Positions 13,758 to 27,546 of a DNA stretch of 64,000 nucleotides are shown here, piece by piece. Within the stretch, counting starts at the first letter, position 1; every line of letters begins with the position of its first letter. Made by a program: the position numbers and the translations under genes. The DNA comes from the human T2T-CHM13v2.0 reference genome, Homo sapiens. Under the pieces are notes generated by a model. It had not been told where the DNA came from and did not search any database. It saw only the letters and a list, made by a program, of their open reading frames with translations. The stretch is taken from the NCBI RefSeq assembly GCF_009914755.1, contig NC_060942.1. One strand, 5' to 3'.

Positions 13758-16659
13758 GTGACAGCTGTCCAGCAATTAGGAATCTCTATCTTACTTATAA
13801 AATAATCTTACTAGAAAATAATCTTGTTTTTTAATCTGTCTATAATCAGCTTTTAAAATTTCCATAATTAATTCCATGGTATGCAGTTTTTAAATTGACA
13901 GATAATTATATGACGGAACTACAAGAAAGAAGGCAAACTACATTTGAAAGCATATTTTTTTCCCCAGAAAACCAGATATAAATTAGATAATAAAACCCTC
14001 TTTCAATGTCCAGCAAACTGTCTTTAATGTAAGTTATAGTTCTTCTTGGACCAGTGCTGAGATCACAGTGTGAGTTAGACATAATTTATTCTGTAATATT
14101 TGCTAAATAAACATATATACACACTGCTTTTAGGAAATGTAAATTGAGAAATATTAAAAGCTAATAATATTTTCTCCAAACTAGAGTACACATCTCTTCT
14201 TTTATTTTGTGCATATAAAATGTTTTCTTGTTTAATCTTCTCAAGACCACTGGAGTATATATTTAAACACAAGAAACAAATATTTAGCGATAATAATGTT
14301 TATAAATTAAATTTATTCAAAATAAGTAATCATTGATAATTCCTCGGATATTTAATAAAAATTTAACTGCATAAAAGTCTCTGTATGACATAAAAGGGAT
14401 AGGTATATGAAGAGTAATATGTGTTTATTTTACTAGTTTCCTTGTAGTTATTTTATTTTGACTACCATTCAGAGGGATGGGTGATATCTTCACCACAGCT
14501 TTCAGGAAGCATGACTAGTAAGGAAGGATTGGACTTTGGAAGACAATAGATTGTTCCTGGCCTTCAAGCATAGGAGGAGGCCACTACCTGGTAACATGAA
14601 GCTTGTTCCCTAAAGAAGTGCAAGAGAGTTTTAAAAATATTCATATATTAGGCAGTTCCCACAATCACAAACACAGCAAGAATTAAATATTAAATTAACA
14701 TTTAACTTAATATTTAAATTTTTAAGAGTTAACTATTAATTTTCTCCAAACTAGAATACACATTTCCTGTGATTGTGCTTGTAGATCAATTCCTTTCTCA
14801 TATGTCTGAACCCAACTGGACACTTCCTATTATCATACGAAGTCCCGAATGATTTTTACCATAACCAGGTATATTCCTTCAAAGAGAAAAATGTCCTGCG
14901 CCTTTTTGTAAGTTTTTCTAGAGTCAATATAATTGGCAACAATGATGCCAGTCATAATGCCATGAGTTAATTTAAGCAATATTAAACAGCAAGCTGGCAC
15001 AATTTCTAATAATATATTTACAAGCATTTTATATTTTATGTATTGCCTTAGTATAAAAATTTTTTGAGAAAGGTGCACATAAATTTCAAGACTTACTTAA
15101 ATTAATAACTATTACTTCATAACAGTGGTTAACGATTATAATGTATTATTTTTATATTTTCCCTAGAGAAAAGAAAAAATTCAAGGGTAAAGTGCTTTAG
15201 CTTTAAAATGACCAAAGTTCCCCTGGATCAATTATTAAAATAAATAAACATTTATCTTAAAAATAAAACTAACAAAAATTGTCCTAAGTACAAAATAAAG
15301 CAAACAAAAAGTTCTTAATCTACTAAAAGAGTTTCATAAACCATAGTTAACCTGAAAATAGTAACTCTCAAATTATGTTTTACCAAATATGATGAATGAT
15401 ATAGACAGGTCTGGTCATAGGTAAGGTTGTATGTAATTCTTCAAACTCCTAGCTTTAATTTCAACCTTTGCTCGCCCACAAAAAGGAGCAAATTCAAATG
15501 TACATGATGATGAAATGGAATCCCCTCTGTTTTTAGAAATAAATAATGCACACATTTAAGTTTAAAATTGGTAAGTACTTACTCGCAAACACCAGAAAGT
15601 AAATTTAGTGCCGATACCATGAAACTGTAAGGCAAAGACTCACTCTCTAGAGTGAGTTATTAGGTATTCTGTTCCCATCTTCCTTCTCAAAAAGACGCTA
15701 TTTAGAAATAAACACTAAGAGATGAGAGATGTTCAAAGACCTAGGCAGAGGTCACCGAAAGCCGTAAGAGAATTTTCATTAGTAGCAGTTAAGATCTAAA
15801 GCCTGGAATCGCTGCTGCCAATGACTCAGCATCGTAAGGAACTGCCTTGCCACATGCAGATTCTAAAGGTATTATAGGAGTTGCTAATAAGATTTATTTG
15901 CACCTTTCCAGTGGAGGTGGCACCAAGGTCTTGCCATTGAGAAGAACAGAATAAGTAGTCAGAGCAAGAGAATTTAAATTCCTGTACCAATTCTTAGTCG
16001 TTGACAGAACTCCCGGGAATGTTATGTTGAGACACAGTTAGAAGTTTTATATAGACTTCATGAAAATAAGTGTTATGACTAAATAGCAATCTTTGCCATA
16101 AACAAGGGCAGGGAAATGGTGTGAACTTTTTGGCCAATCCTGAATATGTCTTTTTCAGATAAACATAGTTGGTAAGCCAGAATTCAATATTTAAGGTCTA
16201 AAAATAAAGAAATTAGATGTTGGTGAATTATGCATATATAAATATGTATGTATATATATTTAATTAGTGGGTTTCTGCTCATAATTGTTAATGATAATGG
16301 TCAAGATAATCTTTGTGGGCTGTCAAATTGAAAGGATTTTGAATTTTAGCAATTAATTTATATTAATGATTATATAAATCTGGATGAGGAAAAGAGGTAC
16401 AAGAGGAGCTGCAACTTAAGAAATTTTATAGAATGGGAGAAATGCATTGAGAAGGCTCAGTCTTGCCAAATTTTTTGGTAGTCATTCGAGTGGCCCAAAA
16501 TCCACTTACAGAGCAACATAGCTATGGAATAACCTTCTGCATCTCTAGGTTCAGAAGGTGTTTCATTAGTCAGCCCGAGGTACAATTTTATTTTGACTTG
16601 TTTGGATTTGCCAGTAAGGATATAGCTGAAAAACACAATTACTAGAACCAGACTACCAC

Positions 16660-16800
16660 ACACAATGAAAGAAATTCAACAAGTCACCTACATTTTGTGT
16701 CTTAATGTCCTCATCTGTAAAATGAGGTTTCAAATAATATCTATTTGACAGAGCTGTTCTTGGTACCAAATGGGTGATCTTATGGAAAATCCCTGAACTG
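16660..16800 (+). mobile_element. MIR SINE
   Basis: caagtcacct...cctcatctgtaaaatgagg core. Confidence 0.7.
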
Positions 16801-16896
16801 AGAGTCATATCATCTCCTTTTCATTCTTGTTCCACACCTAAGTATTTGAATCCTTTAGATAATTCATTTGATACATATGGCTTAGATAATTATTGC

Positions 16897-16900
16897 CATT

Positions 16901-16935
<35 letters not shown>
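16897..16935. repeat. (CAT)n trinucleotide repeat
   Basis: Read directly. It is the source of the poly-His and poly-Ser in the ORF track. Confidence 0.95.
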
Positions 16936-17223
16936 TGTATAGAAATCATTGGGCACTTTTATATCCCAGATACTGTTTAAAGTACTTGAAATGCATTATT
17001 CTATCCCCACAAAAGGCCTATAGGGTATATAAATACAAAATGAAGTATATTCAAACTATAAATATTTATAGTTCTGTGATCCTGACTTGATTATATCCAA
17101 ATGGCACAAGCCTTTCCTCATAGAGACAAATCAAGCAATCAAATTAAAATACAGAGAGTAGGAAGCAAGATTATAATCACATACTACCAAAATAATCATT
17201 CAGTGAAATGTAAAACAATTTGA

Positions 17224-17567
<344 letters not shown>

Positions 17568-17954
17568 TGATGTTTGCCATTTAAAGTGAAATATTAATGT
17601 CTGTCTTGTTTATTTATTGTCTACAACATGTTGATCAATTGTTCTAAACTTACCCCAAATTTTATTTCATATAGAAAAATATTGGATCTCTGTTAGAATT
17701 CCAAATTTATGTCGTATTTATCACTTTTAAATTTCCAATATATTATTTTGCATAGAATTGATAAGATGCCGCATACTGCTGAAATAAGCAAAGCACTATC
17801 ATATGAGTTTACAAAAATTAGGTAGATTATAAATAGATTGAAAAAAACATATTTTTTCAATCTGTTTCAATAAAGAAAAACAAAATTAGTGGTATGTAAT
17901 TAGCTATTCTCTAAAACTTGACAACGAAACAGCAGCATTAGAAAAACCCACCTG

Positions 17955-18248
17955 GGGATCTGGGGAGATGTATATGAAAGGACACAAATTTCAATTAGAT
18001 AGGAGAAATAAGTTCAAGAGAGCTATTACACATCATGATAATTATAATTAATAACAACATATTGCATAATTGAAAATTGCTGATAAAAAAGATTTTAAGT
18101 GTTCTCACATTAAAAAGATCAGTATGTGGGGAAATGTATATGTTAATAGGTTGTTATAACCAATCAACAATGCATACATACATTAAAACATAATTTTGCA
18201 CACCATAACTATGCATAATTTTTGTCAATTAAAAAATAAAATAAAAAA
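17955..18248 (+). mobile_element. L1MA (MA5-8-like) 3' end with A-tail
   Basis: tttcaattagataggagaaataagttcaagag...gattttaagtgttctcac...tttgtcaattaaaaaataaa. Confidence 0.85.
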
Positions 18249-20126
18249 TAGAATTATAATATTCTCAGAGTAGATTTCTAATATACAATAAACTAGAGTT
18301 AGATAATCAGTCACTCTTTTTCCAAGGGATTCTTTTGAGATAACTGTTCTAAATTTCCAAAGTTTCTAAAATGAAAATTCCTTTAGTGTGTTTATCTCTC
18401 TATATACAATTTGTTGGCATATATAATACATCTGCCAATAATTGCCATTTTAAATTACTGTAATCCTTAGGCACATTTAGAAAAGTGAAAGTGTAAATGA
18501 AACAATATTTACATATGTAGAATACAAGTCACATAGAGATTATCTAAAATCAAAAAGATTAAATTGGATACAGTTGGATCAACTCTTTAGTGTGTTTTAT
18601 TTCTTAGAGATAAAATATTTTACCTGGACACTAATATAAAAGTTAAAAAAAGGGGAGTCTGATTTAGTCTCATATTACAATTAATGCCACCTACTAAGTT
18701 CTCTCCTTGTCTCCTTAAGATTGAAGGAAAAGGCTTGGAGGCAATGGTGGTTGTGGGGAGTGTCTGCCAACAGGCACCCACGTTCATTCATTGTACACTG
18801 ATTGTCTTGAATCTGCAACTTCTTTAAGGACAATAAAAGTATTTAAAACAGAAAAAAAATATGTAGTGCCTCCCCCAAAAAATCACCCCACAAAATTGAA
18901 AGCAGTGAATGTTTATCTACAAAAAAGACCAATGTGTCAATTTTATTCACTTCATCTCAATTCTTGTATCTAAATTATCTTTAACATGAGCCCAGGGTAT
19001 TTTTTAACAGGTTTTGTATTATATAATTGTAAAATTAAGAGTTTCTAGAATCTATGAAAAGCTTACAAATTGCTTTGACTATGGAAACCATTTTTCTAAA
19101 TCAGTTGGCAAATAATCAGATAGTAAAGAGACCCATAATGGAGGTTACTGATAGAAATTATCTTAGGAGTTGCAGCATTTTGAGATAGTTTGCTTGCAAC
19201 TTTAATGCCTTTAATTGGATTTTACTGTGAAGTGAGGCTGCTTACCCAGTGATCTACCCTCCTGGAAATCTGCCTTGACAGATGGTTCTTAGTAATTACT
19301 ACAATCATGGTACCCCAACTTACAACTCTCACTTCAAAGTAATTCCTATTCATGAAGACTATATTAGAGAAAAAGGCATACTTTAAGGAATTAAAAATTT
19401 TAAGCTTGAGAAAATTTATGAAGATATTATTGATGTACTACATAAATAGTATCTTGAAGATATTAGAAAGCATTAGGCAATTTATTATTCTTTAAATGAT
19501 ATGCCCTCTATGTCTCATATAGAGCAAATACATTTATGGAACCCCTCCTTGTCCCAAAGGGAAGAAAAAGTAATATTTCAGCCAATGAACTTTAAGAGCT
19601 TTTAAAATAAATTTATAGCCAATAATCTATTTGTAGTATTTAATCTAATTGGAATACAAATACATATTTAAAATCACATACACCTGCACCTTCATATATT
19701 ATGTATGTGTATGTGAAAATATGTCAAATTCAAGACACAATTTTATTTGAATTTTTGTCTTTACTGTTAGAGCTGTGTGTTGACTCTAACACAGTTGTCT
19801 AGAACATGTCACCTTTACTGCAGTCTTTGAGCTCTTCTAGTTTTAAAATCTATAAATGTCACTACCTTTGGAAATTTGAACCCAAACCAATAGTATTCAT
19901 TTTTATAATATTAAGTTTTTAATATCTATAATAATATTATCCTGAATGCAAACATCAAGTCCTGTAAGCAGAGAAGATTACTGTTATTCACATATATACA
20001 AATGTACCTGATCCCCTTTAATAGTAATAAAAAGATATAATTTATAATGGGAAAATTGAACATTTCTACTAATATAAAAATACATTTTTGAGTGAATAAA
20101 ATATTTAATTATATATCTTCATATAT

Positions 20127-20411
20127 TTCCAGGCACCGTGGCTCATGCCTGTAATCCCAGCATTTTGGGAGGCTGAGGTGGGAGGATCACGAGGTCAGGA
20201 GTTTGAAACCAGCCTGGCCAGCATGGTGAAACCCGGTCTCTACTAAAAATACAAAAATTCGCTGTGCATGGTGGTGTGCACCTGTAGTCCCAGCTACTCG
20301 GTGAGGCTGAGGCAGGAGAATCACTTGCACCCAGGAGGCAGAGGTTGTGGTGAGCTGAGCTCCTGCTACTGCACTCCAGCCTAGGTGACAGAACGAGACT
20401 CCATCTCAAAA

Positions 20412-20442
<31 letters not shown>

Positions 20443-20443
20443 A
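20127..20443 (+). mobile_element. AluS (Sg-like) with (AAAT)n tail
   Basis: ggatcacgaggtcaggagtt. TSD atatatcttcatat at 20111 and 20444. Confidence 0.96.
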
Positions 20444-21199
20444 ATATATCTTCATATTTACACACACACACATATATGTAAAAGTTACAAGAAAATCTCT
20501 AACTCTACCTAGGGAAATAAATGACATGTAATAGAAAACATACTTGGTGCCTGAATACAATGATCTTAATTGCACTTACATTTCAATATGATGAAATTCC
20601 AATCAAGCGAAATCCCAAAAATTTTCCTTGAGAAAGTATCCAATTTGTTTCAAGAAAAAATATTACAATTATAGAAACACAAAAAAGATATTAAATGTGT
20701 TCTAAAATGCAGTCCAAAGCATTGTCTGCTAAAATTTCTGAAAACTACCTGCTAGTATTGTAGCATGCCTTTGATTGTTATTGACTGTCTACGCTATTTC
20801 ATATAAATCTGTAGAGATAGAACTTAAGTTGTAGAAAAGTATTTCCTGTCAATAATAAGACAAGTGATTCTTGCCCGTACAAATGCAAATTACTATTTTG
20901 TAAAGATACAATTGGTTTTCTACCTTTAGAAATATTGACTATAAACATTATAAAAAATGACTATAAGTATTATATATGTATTTGGTATTTTAATATTATT
21001 GGATATTAACCAGTTGTGCACCCATTACAAAGTTCATTTCAGCATTCTTGATTGCATGTTTGTATGCATGTATATGTGTCTTAATTTTCATTTGAATGGG
21101 TTGCAACATCTTATTGATTCCTTTATTGAATAATGGATGAAAATCTTTGACATGAATACATTATATTTGCATGAAGGTCATAATTTTTTCTGTTTGTAA

Positions 21200-23815
21200 A
21201 TTATAAGCAGGCAGTTTTGGATGTCCAGGATACTGACATTGATACAATCAAACTATGGAACACTTCAATCCTCCCCAAAATCCCTTATCTTCCCCTTCTG
21301 TGGCCACACCCACTTAAAAAAATAAATATTGTAGTGTATATGTGAGGTTCACAACATGATGCTATAGAATGCATATAAATAGTAAAATGGTTACTATCAT
21401 GAAACAAATTAACATATCTATTATCTCACGTAGTTACTTTCTTGGGTGACAAGAGCAGTTAATATCCCTAAGACAATGCAATTTTATTTACTATAGTCCT
21501 TAAGTTCTACATTAGATCTCTAGACTTATTTCAGTCTATGTATCTGCTACTTTGTATCCTTTGACCTACATTTCCTATGTCCTACCTCTTCAACCCTGGC
21601 AACCATTGTTTCATTCTCCATATCCGTATATTTGACCCTTTTTGTTTTTCCAGATTATACCTATAAAGTACACCATGCAAAAACTACATGCTTCCATTGC
21701 GGCATGCAGGGGTTTTTTTTTCTGTGTCTAGTTTATTTCATTTTGCATAATGTTCTCCGGCTCCATCAATGTCATGGCAAATGGCAGGGCCTCCCTTTTT
21801 TTTTTTTCCGTACTGAAAGGTATTCCATTTGTGTATAGGCACTACATTTTCTTTACTCATTTATCCATGGATGAGCACTTAGGTTGTTTCCATATTTTGG
21901 CTATTGTGAATAATGCTGCAATGAACGTGGAAATGAAGATGCCTTTATGCAATGACGATTTTATCTTCCTTTGGTGTCTACCCAGAAGAGGGATTGCTGG
22001 GTTACATGGTAGTTCTATTTTCAATTTCTTTAGAAAACTTTATATTGTTTTTGATAATGCTTGCATCACTCTACATTTTCACCAACCATGTGGTAGGGCT
22101 CCCTTTCTTCCACACGTCACACCCGCTTCTAACTTTCCCCACCCCTTCCTTAACCTCCACAACCAAGATTCTCTTCTCCATTTCTAGCTTTTGTCAGTTC
22201 AAAAATGCTACATAAATGGAATCATAGAGTATGTAATCTTTTAGAAATAGCTTTATCCATGCAGTATAATTTTCTGGAGATTGAACCAGGTGGTTGCTGG
22301 TATCAATATGCCATTCCTTTTACTACTGATTGCATGGTATAGATGAACTACAAGGTATGGATGTACTACAAATCGTTTACCCATTCACAGGTTCAATGAC
22401 ATCTGCATTGCTTCATTTGGAGCCATTAAGCATGAAGCTTCTGTAAATATTTGCCTGTAGGTTTCTGTATGAATATATAATTTCATTATTGGGGAATAAT
22501 TCCTTAGGAGTATAACTGTTATGTTGTACAACAGCTGAATGTTTAGTGTTTTGAAGAAGTGGCCAAAATGTTTTGTGGAGAGGCTGTATCATTTTATATT
22601 CCTACCAGCAATGTGTGAATATCCAGTTTCCCCACGTTTGCCAGCATGTGGTATTGTTTTTGTTTGTTTATTTCTTTAAGCCATCCTGATAAGTCTGTAG
22701 TGGTATCTCATTTTACTTTTAATATGGATTTCCGCAATCACTAATGATGAACAAGTTTTTATGGGTTTTAACCATATGTATATCTTCTTCCATGAAATAT
22801 CTCTTTATGTATTTTGCCCATTTTCTCAATCAGACTATTTTTTAAATATTGAGATTTGAGAATTTAAAAAAAATTCTGGATGCTATTTTTTGTCAAATAT
22901 GTGGTTTTCAAATGTTCTCTCCCAGTGTTCAGCTTGTATTTTCATCTTCTTATTGGATCTTTTACAGAGTTTACATTTTCAATATTGTTGAAGTCCAATT
23001 TATCAATTTTTCCTTTCATCCATCTTTCTTTTGGTATCAAGTTTAAGAACACTTGGATTAGCCTTAGTTCACAAAGATTTTCTCCTACATTTTCCCAAAA
23101 GTTTTATGCTCTTATATTTTACAGGTAAATCTGTGATCCATTTTGAGTTCAGTTTTGTATAACATGGAGGGTTTCAGTTGAGCTTTATTTATTTATTTTT
23201 CACCAAAGAAACTCCAGCAATATTTGTTGAAAGGTTATATTTCCTCCATTGAATTGCTTTGGGGCCTTTCTTGAAAGTATCTTGTGGATCTTTTCCTGAA
23301 TTTTATATTCTGTATTACTTATCTATATGTTTATCTTTTCACCAATATCAAACAGTTTTGTTTACTAGAGCTATGTAATAAATCTTAAAATTGGTTAGAC
23401 TGAAGTTTTCTACATTATTCTATTTCTAAAATTTGCTGGGCTATTCTAGTTCCTTTGCTCTCCAATACAGATTTTAGAATAACCTTAGATATATTTACAA
23501 AAACCTACTGGGATTTTAATAAGAATTGCATAAATTTGGCATATCTGTTTGGAAATAATTGACATTTTTACCAAGACAAGTCTTCCATTCCACAAACATG
23601 TTATTCCTTTCCATATATTTAGATCATTTTAATTTCTTTATTCAGGATTTGGTTGTCTTTAACATACACATTCTGCACATGATTTGTTAGGTTTTCATGT
23701 AAATATATTTATTTTTAGTGATTCTAAATTATATTGTATTTTTATTTCAAATCTATATGTTTATGACTAGTATATAGGAATATAATTTTTGGTATGCTGA
23801 TCTTGTATCCTGCAA
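21200..23815 (-). mobile_element. L1MC/MD-type LINE (3' UTR plus ORF2 remnant), interrupted by an L1MA
   Basis: gatacaatcaa...cacacccact, ataaatggaatcatagag, and ORF2-like ttcctccattgaattgctttg. Confidence 0.75.
21316..22117 (-). mobile_element. L1MA (MA4A/5A-like) 3' fragment nested in the L1MC/MD
   Basis: cattagatctctagactt and ggctattgtgaataatgctgcaatgaac. 11-bp TSD cacaccc(a/g)ctt at 21305 and 22118. Confidence 0.85.
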
Positions 23816-24444
23816 CCTGATGCTCCAAGGTTTCTTCTTTTATCTGTTTTTTTGTTTGTTTCTGTGTAGAGATCTTCCTTTAGGCATTCTTTTAGGTCTG
23901 CTAGTAATACATTCTCTCAGTTTTCTTTCATCTGAGAATGTCTTCATTTTTTTCTTCATTCTTGAAAGATATTTATACTGGATATAGACTCTTCAATGAT
24001 AGTTCTTTCTCTTCTGCACTTGAAAAATGTGATACCACTTCTCTGTCGCCTCTATGGTTTCTGATTTCTGAAAGTCTTCTGTCACCTGAATTGTTTTCCC
24101 TTAGTATAATTTGTTTCTCTGTCCCTGATTTCCAGATTTGTTTTTGCCTTTACTTTCAAAGTTTGGCTATGCCATGACTTGTTGAGGATTACTTTGGGTT
24201 TGTCAAGTTTGTGGTTCACTCAGCTTCTTGAATCTTCTGCCAAATTTAGGAAGCTTTCAATTTTTTTATTCCTTTGAATACTTTTTAATCCTCATGCTAT
24301 TTCTCCTATCCTTCCAGAAATCTGCTGATGTGACTGTTAGATCTTTTGCTGTATTTCAATAGATAGTTACAGCTCTGTTGGTTTTTTCAACCTGCTATCT
24401 CGTTATTGTTGAGATTGAGGAATTTCTATTTTTCTAACTTATAA

Positions 24445-24836
<392 letters not shown>

Positions 24837-25197
24837 CCATTATTATTTAAAATTTTGTCATTGTATTTTTAAGTTCTCGATTTCTGTTTGGTTCTTCTTT
24901 TTATCTTAACTGTTTTTCTGAGACTTGTTTTCTTTATCAGGAATTTCTAGTTGTTTCATTTCCTTCTAATATTTATGTAATTCCTCATTGCAACATTTTA
25001 ATGATTCTGCCTTAAATATTTTCCAGATAATTCTAACATCTCTGTTACTGTATTGCTATCATCTATTTATTGGTCTTAAATTCATTTTAAGATCTTCTTC
25101 ATTCTTGTTATGATGAGATAGTTTTATATTGAAACTGGAACATTTTGGATATTGTTATAAGACTTTTAGATCTTATTTAAACCTTCAGTTTTATTGG

Positions 25198-25585
25198 TGA
25201 TAAAGCAAAAACTTGAACCAAATTAAATTTAAAGGAATTTGAGCGCTGAATGATTTGTGAATTGGGCAGCTGTTCCCAGCCAGAGTAGGTTGGGAGCACA
25301 GCACACGTGGTAGAAGATTTATGGACAGAAAAAGGAAACTGGCCTACAGAAAACGGAAGTGAGGTACAAAAACAGCTGGATCGGATACAGCTCAGCATTT
25401 GCCTTATTTGAACACAGTTCAAACAGTGGTTCCATTTGATTGGCCAAAACTCGGTGATTGGCACAAGTGTAGGCTACAGTCTGTATACAACTCCATTTAG
25501 GTTATAGTTCACGTTGTACAGAGAAACCTTTAGGCTGAACTTAAAATATGTAAGGAGGCAGCTTTAGGCTTAACTCGATTTAACA
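25198..25585 (-). mobile_element. MER57-type ERV1 solo LTR
   Basis: The end aacttaaaatatgtaaggaggcagctttaggc...ttaaca matches the reverse of the MER57 start. TG..CA ends; 4-bp TSD ttgg/ctgg. Confidence 0.85.
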
Positions 25586-26657
25586 CTGGCTTCTTCTTCT
25601 AGAACTTCAGCAGAGAAAGTCAAGATAAAACCTTGTGGATGCCATGTTTCAGCTGGACTGTGGTGAAAGTCTTGCATTCCACTGAATGTTCTCTATTCTA
25701 CCCTAGTGGGGAAGGAGAGGACTTTTCATTACTGCTGGTGGGAGTTTAAAAAAAAAAAAGAAAAGAAAATCAATCCATACTCCCCATATGGTCTCCACTG
25801 ACTATATAATGTGGGGCCTTCCTAGTGTTTCTTCTCTGACTCATTCCATCAGTAGTATGGGTATCATTACAGCCTGGAAAAGGCAAAAATGTAGGCTTCC
25901 ACCAAGCCTGTTTTGGCACAGTTGGGAATAGGGCCATAGGTTTTTACCAGGAGTAGAAGAGTTACTATTTAAAATTTCAAGTCTTGCTAATCTGCTCCAT
26001 GCCCGATTCTTTGGATAGGAAGCGCAGGTTTTTGTTGGGTTTATTTATTCATTTTGTCTGCACTCATCAGTGATCCCCAGTTTCCAGCTTCCTCACCTCT
26101 ATATCTGGGATATGTGAGGGGGAAAGAAAACCCACGGAATTCATTGCTGTGTTCCTTGTTCCTTGGGTCTTAAGGGCTCTAGTAGGTCTCATTTCTCCTC
26201 TTCACCATTCAGAGTATTCATATGTTTGTTTATATATAATGTTCTAGGCTTTTAGCTGTACTTAGTGGTAGGGATCTGGAATAGTGTGACTACTTTATCT
26301 TCCCAGAAGTGGAAATATCAAATGGGAAGACTTTATGCTTCTGTATTTAACTTGACATTTGACTAAAATGGTCGAATTGAAAGTCTAAGTTGTCTTTGTT
26401 TCAGAGTTTCTTTCTGTCTGTGTGTCTCTAATTGAAAATGGCTTAAACTCTCATGACGTGAGTATGAATAATTTTTCTACCTCCAAGAAGTATTAATACA
26501 TTAGATGATATCATCTTTTAAATTAAACAATCTCTGTTCTAACAGGTTTAAAAATTGAAAGATGTACTTCTATTAATATAATATTGTCCAAACTCAGACT
26601 ATAAAGAAATCCAGACTCTAATAATCTAAATGTCTTTGGCTTTAAGAAAAATTATTC

Positions 26658-27546
26658 TTTTTCAGATGGGTAGATTACTAAATTTTTTCCCATTCTGTAG
26701 GTTGCCTGTTCACTCTGATGATAGTTTCTTTTGCTATGCAGGGGCTCTTTAGTTTAATTAGAACCCATTTGGCAATTTTGGCTTTTGTTGCAATTACTTT
26801 TGGTGCTTTTGTCATGAAGTCTTTGCCCATTGCCTAAGTTTTCTTCTAGGGTATTTATGCTTTGGGGTTTTACATTTAAGTCTTTAATGCATCTTGAGTT
26901 AATTTTTGTACAAAGTGTAAGGAAGGGGCCTAGTTTCAGTTTTCTGCATATGGCTAGCCAATTTTCCCAGCTATTTACTGAATAGGAGATCCTTTCCCCA
27001 TTGCTTGTTTTTGCCAGGTGTGTCAAAGATCAGATGGTTGTAGATGTGTGGTGTTATTTCTGAGGTCTCTGTTCTGCTCCATTGGTGTGTATGTCTGTTT
27101 TGGTACCAGTACCATGCTGTTTCGGTTATTGTAGCCTTGTAGTATAGTTTGAAGTCAGGTAGCGTGATGTCTCTAGCTTTGTTCTTTTTGCTTAGGATTG
27201 TCTTGGCTATACAGAGTCTTCTTTGATTCCACATGAAATTTAAAATAGTTTTTTCTAATTCTGTGAAGAATATCAATGGTAGTTTTATGGGAATAGCATT
27301 GAATCTATAAATTACTTTGGGCAGTGTGGCCATTTTCAAGATATTGATTCTTCCTATCCATGAGGGTGGAATGTTTTTCCATTTGTTTGAGTCCTCTCTT
27401 ATTTCCTTGAGCAGTGGTTTGTAGTTCTCCTTGAAGAGGTCCCTCACATCCCTTTTAACTGTATTCCTAGGTATTTTATTCTCTTTGTAGCAATTGTGAA
27501 TTGAAGTTCATTCATGATTTGATTTGGCTCACTGCTTGCCAATTGT
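26658..27546 (-). mobile_element. L1PA (PA8A-like), inverted 5' part, ORF2 remnant
   Basis: ORF 26971..27447 is L1 ORF2p ([11 protein letters not shown]...WKNIP...[11 protein letters not shown]). Confidence 0.95.

Noticed and set aside
16774-17090. Poly-His and poly-Ser ORFs
   Set aside because: Artefact of the (CAT)n microsatellite, with no splice or codon support.
22337-22372. 18-bp tandem duplication in L1, with similar ones near 20936 and 37556
   Set aside because: Ordinary short slippage duplications.
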